64,000 nucleotides of DNA from Amoebophrya sp. A120. Lineage: Eukaryota > Protista > Dinoflagellata. The notes below the pieces were generated by a model, which was given only the letters and a program-made list of their open reading frames with translations, searched no databases and was not told the DNA's origin. Position 1 is the first letter of the stretch, and each line of letters starts with the position of its first letter. A program made the position numbers and the translations under genes. Shown one piece after another: positions 37,801-45,500 of the stretch. The stretch spans positions 8,702,882 to 8,766,881 of the forward strand of contig CAJINV010000004.1 of the NCBI GenBank assembly GCA_905178155.1. Reading direction: 5' to 3'.

Positions 37801-37944
37801 CACCGGATGGCAGCTGCGCGCATCACCTTGCCTGTGTACTCGAAGTTCATCAACGACTGCGACGGGTTGTCCCAGGAGCAGAAGGACCGTCTCCTCGAGC
37901 TGAAGCGCATTTTGCAGCGCATCAAGCCGATGTCCCTTTTCTAG
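34870..37944 (+). CDS. Gag-like ORF1 with CCCH zinc finger
   Basis: Long ORF after the PBS (plausible ATG, MSGIDW, 1024 aa); C-x7-C-x5-C-x3-H (CILALFGQCFAHMRCGCAH); the ORF-track start at 34363 lies inside the LTR. Confidence 0.65.
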   Translation: MSGIDWSAFPTRAQLERQRATRRRIGFVEGLNENTRCIFIRRERFFATLGSVDDGANADEWICVRCVSGKTFSAVEISVAGEENRVELPTWIQCIITTGGNPPVKRIASHFVKCRSLLIYFPRASTPQDRLSFCRDIATRFGLDNPQIVTMDARFEAGAQGIFNTAGELTDVAVEAFSRFGVFDKMGDHKFTSDKDLMSEASQKMEFWGFDSEGVFLSDLCDEEVIKSISDIDAIESEAYDETGKLMEIAMTPELVVVASPEKALMGTTLQERRTISKNLQPRLLNDDTASVILDPVDPPDSVIGDPENTVSSDLKALITSLKYPSKPKNLLPIDEYGNLHLPPSPLPKSLAASRSASKAGGAGPLGGTDSSGSDSDAVDKIYAGLQEMLFANDLFPVRACKYLVEYEGTKDDIPHDKMRGIMQKVGKLHEIPEKLLQVPKVKTGGIFEDGLKSLHLPSDSGKKDGLQVLFLQNQSQNRTCTDEEFKSFPKLAISGSNYIAERDAICQWLYNIADGSSIRDKAVVYSKGFSAMQRIKGEKVSVWVSCMRIADNFKTEPTSRRFEIGFEMALETFQSDQSNTHDGEYIGLFRVLVSNVDDYVNKIFAEDATSYLELLMQSRMMYQARMKIDNEALAGYRIAKEEPRAVQDVFIRRWPKLNEGLNHCYERCVRKHEKHPSRFIVAVYHAAFGVLTLLRKHQDTIKPRPKEIDSKTSKEIAPHNRIKKNYYIPTNDYTESSSSSSAKVVGASMKNATTGEEVPVYDNDDGYSSMYDIPGVSPAPSTTPAFRFSWDGDAEEAVEAKFDLAIGDSSDLPICPVAEADRWDLNKYSTPECKEKGWYPRWEMQRDGQHFVFIIYDNRSDIRNRKLAGPGPLPGNLCILALFGQCFAHMRCGCAHWQLEDWAAEVLRKRCIADGFKPQEGIELIAFAFHLLLSNSNRTYHKEFKGLSVKDCFKIGSEKYSIKNPLKIDPRTKKDDHRMAAARITLPVYSKFINDCDGLSQEQKDRLLELKRILQRIKPMSLF

Positions 37945-37997
37945 ACGACCCCACCGATGAACCACGACAAACCGAGCCAACATTTTTCATTGGTGGG

Positions 37998-39503
37998 GTG
38001 AATCAAGATCCCCGCTTGTGCGATTTTTTCGAGGACAAGCAGTCGATCGAAGACGCATTGGCAGTTGAAGATGAAATGACACATGATGAATCTTTTTGCT
38101 CTTCTCAAGAACATTCTCTTTTTTCAGAAATCAGCACTCAGCAGGAGGAGAACGCTTCGCCGGCGGATGTCCCCCCAAGTGAAGGAGTTAGTGACGACCT
38201 CGACATCGCGAGCAACTTCAACGCGATCGGCGAGTCGGAAGAAAACTCATCGGCTTCAGGAGACCAGTCTTTTGGACCAATTTCTTTGATTAGCTTCGAG
38301 GACGCCGACGGAGTAGTGGTTTCTGTTGAATCTCCACCAACGGGCGGCATCACTGGGCCAATCGCGGTGGAAGCCCCCTCGTCAACAGCCTCCGACTCAA
38401 ATCGTTTTTCGCAGATAGCAGATAACACCAACGCTAGTGGGACGGAAAATACCGGCCCTGCGGCACAAATGGAAGAGTCGCAGGACCGGGACCGGTATTC
38501 TTATCATTCATCTTTTGGTGCGAATGATAATACCGGTCCTGTGAGTCCTTTTGATGATAAAACTGAAGATTTGTTGTCCTCGCCTCCGAAACTTCAACAA
38601 CAGCACTGCCTCACAAAACCGTCCTGTTCCGACACTCCCCCTGGAGGGATAACCGATCCCGGCACCGGAACTGGCCAGATGCGATCGAATGCCGATTTCA
38701 ACGAGGCGCGGCTCTTAGGCCCTGCAAGATTCAAGATGGTCCTCCTCGCCCAGCAAGCCGTGCGGGAGTTCGATTGGAGCCATTGGATCACTTCTGGGGA
38801 ATGGCGAGACGAAGTGTCGAAGCAGGATTTTGGATACCTTATCCGCAACAAAGATACGGACGAATCTTACTTCTGCCCTGACATTTCTGCAGAAAATCGC
38901 ATTTCCATTATGCGACCAGGGGTGTTCGGTAACCCGTTCCGCATCACAAACGAAACCGAGAGAGAATCTTCGGCAATCAAGTTTGCAGAATCCCTTGCAG
39001 AAGAAACCGCTACTGACGCGCTGGACGCTTTTTTTCAGAAGCAGGTCGATCCTGATGCTACTGCTAAGTGCGAACTCGTTTGCGTCTGCGCCCCTGACCT
39101 GTGTCGCGGTGTTGTATGGGGAAAGGTGGAACAACTCCTGATCAAAAAACTCCAAGTAGAAACCGCAATAGCAACGTCCCCTACGCCTTCGCGAACTCTT
39201 CTTCCAACGGAACAGCCGGGAATGAATGTATCCTCCTCGGACTCCGACGATTCTCCCACGGCAAAAACAACGGAGATCCCCGCTAACGACCACGAGGAGT
39301 ACGCCCGGTTCTTGCGAGAAGCTACTGCTTTTGAAGAAACGTACGAACAGCGGCAGATTGCGAAGGGCTTCAATTGTACCGGAGTGAAGAAGGTTCGTGA
39401 AAAGGTTGATGGTCGCGGAGGTCCTGTGCCACTCCTTTCCTTCCCGCCGCCGTCGCGATGGCGCACTGTCCGTGAGCCGATTCTCGTTGACCACAAGCTT
39501 TGA
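37998..39503 (+). CDS. Pol N-terminal segment: acidic low-complexity region + DUF4326-like domain
   Basis: RPGVFGNPF...LVCVCAPDLCRG; frame open from 37722 (-1 overlap with ORF1); same frame as the next ORF, separated by one TGA. Confidence 0.6.
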   Translation: MNQDPRLCDFFEDKQSIEDALAVEDEMTHDESFCSSQEHSLFSEISTQQEENASPADVPPSEGVSDDLDIASNFNAIGESEENSSASGDQSFGPISLISFEDADGVVVSVESPPTGGITGPIAVEAPSSTASDSNRFSQIADNTNASGTENTGPAAQMEESQDRDRYSYHSSFGANDNTGPVSPFDDKTEDLLSSPPKLQQQHCLTKPSCSDTPPGGITDPGTGTGQMRSNADFNEARLLGPARFKMVLLAQQAVREFDWSHWITSGEWRDEVSKQDFGYLIRNKDTDESYFCPDISAENRISIMRPGVFGNPFRITNETERESSAIKFAESLAEETATDALDAFFQKQVDPDATAKCELVCVCAPDLCRGVVWGKVEQLLIKKLQVETAIATSPTPSRTLLPTEQPGMNVSSSDSDDSPTAKTTEIPANDHEEYARFLREATAFEETYEQRQIAKGFNCTGVKKVREKVDGRGGPVPLLSFPPPSRWRTVREPILVDHKL

Positions 39504-39530
39504 AGAAAGCACTCGCATGTTGTTGTCCGC

Positions 39531-42500
39531 GTGGGTACCCGCATTGTCATGCCCGACAAGTGCGGCTCAGACCCGTTCAAGTACCTCTACCACGGGACAG
39601 ACGAGGACGTTATGGACGCAATCGCAGCAATGGCTTCTGTCAGTTTTCTTTCGACTGAAAAATCCGGCTCCGCCCTGAACATAACCCTCTGCCTCCTCAA
39701 CTTCCAGTTTTTCGAGTGCCAGCACGCGATCCGAGATAAAGACCAATGTGTACCTCCTTGCACCGTGACGAACTTGAACCCTCTGGCCTGTGACCCGAAG
39801 CTCATGACGTCGGCGCAACAACTGTACCACGTCACAAGCACAATGGCCTGTGGAAAGGTCGCTCTTGTCTGGGGCGTGTTTGGGTCAGGAAAAAGTCGAA
39901 CAATCGCCGCGGTCATTTGCGAACTGACACGCAACAAGGTGTGCCGGTGCGTCCACTTTTGCGCGGCACAGAGTCTCGCTCTCGACTCGGTCATTCGGAG
40001 ACTCCATAGTCTTGACGTCCCGACCGTCCGTTTTTCTTCGCGAGCACACCTCGAAAAGCAGAAAATGTCCAAGAAAAGCATCTTATCCTCCTTCGACGAA
40101 ATTTGTTCGCTTGTTGGTGCTGCTAGACCGACGAGCGTATTCGCCGAATATTTGAAGGAGAAGAAGAAGCGTGATCGACTTGCCGCGAGGAGAATCTACG
40201 ACAGAAAACAAGAAAAGCGATTCCTCGAAAGTCGGAAGTGGTGTGTCAAGGTTGTCCTGCGGAACGCAAAAGCAGTGTGCACAACTGTGAACAATTCCCC
40301 GAGTGTCGGGGGCGCGGGAGCCGAGATTACAATCGTCGACGAGGCAGGCCAAATTCCGGAACACGAGATGATCCCCGCAGAAGCAGGCGCGCAGCGGATG
40401 GCTTTGGTCGGAGATCACAAACAACTTCCGCCTGTGATTGTTTCTTCACGAAAACTCCCACCGCCGAAGGCAGCAGTAGCAGGACAGTCCGAAAATGCGA
40501 AACTTCTTCCCCCGACTGTCCCGGGACCAGGCAGCTTTGACGTCACTCCGCTGCGGAAGAGCCTTTTCGAACGTCTGATAACAAATGCAGCCGGAGAAAC
40601 AACAAACGCCACTGCTTTTCTTGACACACAGTTCCGCTGTCCACCTGTTCTCGCTGCACACCTGAGTGCCGAGTACTACGAGGGGAAGCTGCGAAGCGCC
40701 GAAAATGCTCCTGCAGAAGCAAAGTACACTTTTTCGCACCAGTTCGTCGGAGTCGATACAAAACCAGACATTTTTCTAGCGCGACAAGCAACAGACCGGA
40801 TAAAGCCGTACGTCTCCCCATCAACAGCAGAACGCGTCCGAGAAATGCGAGACTTTCTTGCTTCCAAGGGTGTGCTTCTGTCCGACATTCAATGTATCTC
40901 AGTCTACAAAGCCGCCGGCTCTGGGATGATCCCGCTTGTGAAACCTCTCGCCCTCGAGGGGATCGACGCATTCCAGGGAGGAGAAGTCCAAGTTTTGTTT
41001 GCGCTGATCCTGACTCCGCCTTCCGGCCCTACCGAGTGGGCGACAGACCCGCGCCGCAATTTGGTTCTGTTGTCGCGCGCTATTAGCGCTGCCTTCGTCT
41101 TTTACCCGCGCGTCGTCCAGGATACCGACACGTGCTTGAAGTCGATGGACATCTACATTCGCAACGCCGAGAAGTGTATGCATATTAGCGACACCTCTTC
41201 TATCCCCATCACCGTCGAGAAGGTTTCTGCGCCAACAGTGACAACAGTTGCCGACACGAAGGATCCAGCAATTGTCGCCGAGATTCTAAAGGACCTCGAC
41301 GGGGAAAAGACAGCGGACGACCCAGCTGAACAGGCCACGATGTTTTGCTTGCGCGAGAGTTTTTCCTCAGAACTCCACCGCTTCAATTCCGTCAGCGGCA
41401 CTGACGACTTAGAAGACTTGATGTTCCTTGACTTCGAAGATCTTGCCCTGGAGGTCAACGACAAGGCAGTCGAGGCAGCTGTTCTTGGACACCACGGAGG
41501 GAAAGAATATGCTCTTGAAGCTCTCCGCGCGGCGGAAGCAGCAGACGACGGCCACTGGCTGGACCCACACCTTTTTGGCAAAATTAAGAAAGGAGAAAAC
41601 TCGCAGACTTCGAAGCTAGAGCAGAAGAACAAATACGGGAATTTCGAAGTCTCCGCTAGTGAGATTTTTGTAGCGAAAAACGGGTGCAGTTTTTGGGTTG
41701 GAAACTTCGCCGCGACCAGTCTCCCTGGGTGGTACGTGGTCACTAACTGCACCTCGAATGTAGAAGACGCCAACAATTGCGACTTCTACCGTCGAGTCCC
41801 CCTGGTTTCCGGTGCGGAAAGCCGGAATGTCCGCGCTTCGCGAAAAAATCTGAAGTGGATTCTTCGGCACGCACAAGCAGAGAAGAAGACTTTGCTTCAC
41901 TGCGTCTGGGGACTTGATCGCTCTCCTGCTCTTTGCCGTGTCGTCGCGTACTTTATCGATGGGCTCGAAACACCTGCTGTCGAGATTTTCCGACTGTTCT
42001 CCGATGCCAGACCTCGCGTTAGGTACAGCTTCCGCGAGTACGACAAGTTTTGGCGCGACGCAATCCAAGCGCAACCTTCAACGAGAGTCCGCCTCCTAGA
42101 CGACAACTGCATGATCGAGTCTCTCCTTGACGGAGCCCGCGCCAACCCGAGCAAAATCATCGACGAGGACGACTTTATCCTTGAAAAATGTGTGCAGGTG
42201 ACCTCGAAAGCGATCGCTGCGATTGAAGCGAAGCCGCCCCGTTGTCCTCGATCCGCGATTCCACCACGAACATACATGATGAGCTTTCGCCTCGAGTCTT
42301 ACAACCCCGACTCATTGAACATCTTCCTTTCAGATCCATCGCGAGCATCTGACGCTGCAGAAGTTTTTGTTGCGCTCGCGCCGTCCTGTCTCGGACTCCC
42401 AGAAGCAAAACTTTCAACGAAAACGGCGAAGACTGCGCGCGATCTTGTTGCTGAGCGGAATTATGAGCTCACAAACTTCCTCAACGAGCGCGAAGAAGGA

Positions 42501-45500
42501 AAGCATGGGTGTTCGGTTGCAATCCCCGTCGACTGCCCGCTGAAACCGATCGCGATTCGCCGAGGTCCAAGCAAAGAAGGCCGCATTGCCATCGTGGAGT
42601 GCCTCTACTTCAGCGTCATTTTCGAGTACGCGCCAAACCGTGTCAACGACGCAGCGAACGCAGAATATGACAACGCCATCGCAGGATGCCTGCGAGAGCT
42701 GTGGAAGAGAACGCAAAAGCCATTTGTTTTGGCAGGCGATAGAAATATCGCGCCAGAAAAGAGAGATATTGCGCCAAGTCCACGGCTTTCTGCAGAGCAG
42801 GTCCCTTCCACCCGGCAGACAGACCGTGACGCGTACGACAAGTTGATCAAGGAGTTTTCACTTACCGACGCGTGGAGGTGGTGCAATCCGACCGCTGAAG
42901 GGCACTACACCGGGTTCCACCAGCAGGGGAACTGTCTCCGTGACAACGTCGGGGCTCGAGTCGACCTTTTTCTTCTGTCACCAGGGATGATGCCGCTCCT
43001 TCAAAACTGCCAGATTGTCACGACCGTCCACAAACGTCTTGGAGATCATCATCCCGTCTACTGCGACTTTTTGTTGGACTTTGGGGACGAAGTCATTCGG
43101 TCTGCCGCAGCGAAAAGAGGCATTGCAAAAGCTCTCGCCGCCCCGGCAGTCGACCCAGCAGGAAGGCAAAACTCTTCTCTTTTTGTGGGCTCCGTCGCGC
43201 ATGACGAGCGGTTTGGAACACTAGACTTCGAAGAACAGCCCGTGGCAGAGGAGGAGGAACAAGAAGAAGGTAAATCTGAGCAGAAGACAGAGTTTGCAGA
43301 GGAAGACGAGAAGTACAAGAAAATCGAGGAAAATTTCCTACGCTCGATCGGGGTTCTCAAAGAATCACACGCGTACCAGAAGGCTCTCGCGGTTTTGCGG
43401 AAGTGGATTGACGGCCGTCTCGCAGCAGGGTACACAACTTCGCAAGTGTATCAGATGTTGATGATGGACGACGCAACCGCTCCTGCGTACGCACTGGACG
43501 ACGCGTTTTTGAAATTTCTTCTCAATCTCGGGGCGGTGATGGAACTCGGGGGTAAATACGGAGTCGACAAAACGAAATTCTTGTCGCTGGTCGAGAAAAG
43601 TTGTGGAATGATTTTGAAGGGCGGCTGGCTATCCGTCCCGGAGAAGATGGTGAACGACATCAAAAAACTCGCTCGCTTACCACCAACGCCGCGCCTGATG
43701 AGACGGCTCCTGGGGAAATTAGCTTTCTGTCCAAACACCCTTGGGCTTGAGTACTCTCGCCAGGTCCCGATCCTGATCGACCTTTCTCGGAAAACCCTGC
43801 AGGAATACATCCGAAAACTCCAAGAACCAGCAGCAATTCACGCCATGGAAGTAATTATTTCTTCTTCTTCTGTCACGCCGCTTTGCCCAATTGATTGGGA
43901 TCTCGTCGATAGCGGGAAGTGGGTCGTCATTGGAATGCCTGATGCTCATTGTGTCGGGTGGGGAGGCGTCCAGTTTAGCATCGACCTCGACATATGGCTA
44001 AGCGACGACTGTTCCGATGTGCGTGCTGCGATCCGAATCCACGCAATCAAAAGCACCCCGCTCCCACCGCGACTGCGAAACCGGTGTAGCGCCGAACATG
44101 AATGCTACGCGACTCTCGGGCACTATCAGTACATTGACTACTTGATGTCGGGGCGAAACCGGTTTTGGTGCAACGACAACACAAATATCGCCACGATCGA
44201 GGATGAGATGCACCGCTGTACGGTAAAAAGTTTCAACTCTGCGATCGGGTATTTGAAAAGATTTTTTGACCAGCCGGGTCCCACGCGTCTCATCCTCCCC
44301 GAGATGTTGATGGCGTGGGGAGATGTTGCTGGCCGTCTCCACCGAAACTGCGTTGTCGCGGCGTCTCTTGTGCAAGAGACTTTGTCTCAACCGAAGCAGG
44401 CACTGAAGATCCTGTTTCCGCACGTAGACTTCGAAAAACGAGGCGAAAGCAAACGAATGAACATTATCACGGAAGAGGAGGTGAAGGATTTCGCAGCAGC
44501 AGCAGAAGAAGAAATGCATTCCTCCTCTTTCCGCGCGTGCTCCCTCGTTGGAGTCGACCCTAGTGTTGAGGAACATGATGTCAATGCGTTCAATTTCTCG
44601 GTCGTCGATCTTGTCGAAGAATTTCCGACACCGGAGACACTTGATGGGTTTACGTACGACGACCCCTTTTTGCACCGCGCCCCTGTCTCTCGGTCCTTCA
44701 GCTCAGCAGAAGTGATGGAGGTAGAAGCTGCGCCGGCATTGACCGATGATGAAGACCCTGACCCAGTCCTGGAGCCGGTCGCGCAATATGTGATTTCAAA
44801 CCCAGAGCAGTGCTCTACGCTCTCGGTAGACTTGATTTCTACCGCAGATTCGTCCGCCACGATCTGCTGCCACGAGCTCTACCTCGACACGGACGACCAC
44901 GCTCTTGCGCGGTCAGGACATCTATTCGTGAAAAGATTCAGCACCGACGAAAACGCCGTCGACTTTGCTCTCGTAATCGGCAGTGTTTGGGACGGGGCCA
45001 ACCCTGACGCTGTGTACGGCGACGACGCATTTACAATTGTTTGCAGCGAGCTCAAGCTGAAGATGAGTGGCGAAGAACTGCGGAAAAAGTGCGACGGAGT
45101 CCTGCAACACCGAGTCTGTGCCGACGAGTATCCCTTGATGACTGTCTCGGAAGTTGACATGAAACAGGTCTCGTTGGGGTTCCGCGCACAACAAATTGTC
45201 GACTTTTCCTACTGTGTCGACCTCCTTTCCTTCACTCCTGTTGCTGGGTTCAAGGGTTTCGACCTGACAACAATGATGAAAACGACCCGAATTTTGCGTG
45301 TGAGGCAAGAATCCGCGGGGGTGTGTAGCGTTTCGGATTTGGAGCTCGCTTGGCGCATTCGCGAAGACAAGATCGAGCGCGACGACACGTGGACCCCGAT
45401 CCTCGCGGTCACAGCACCTGCAGTGCGAAAAGCATGGCTTAACGCCGTCTACGACTTCAACGTGCTTTCTAGTTTCCGTGTGGGTGGAAAACGGCATGGA

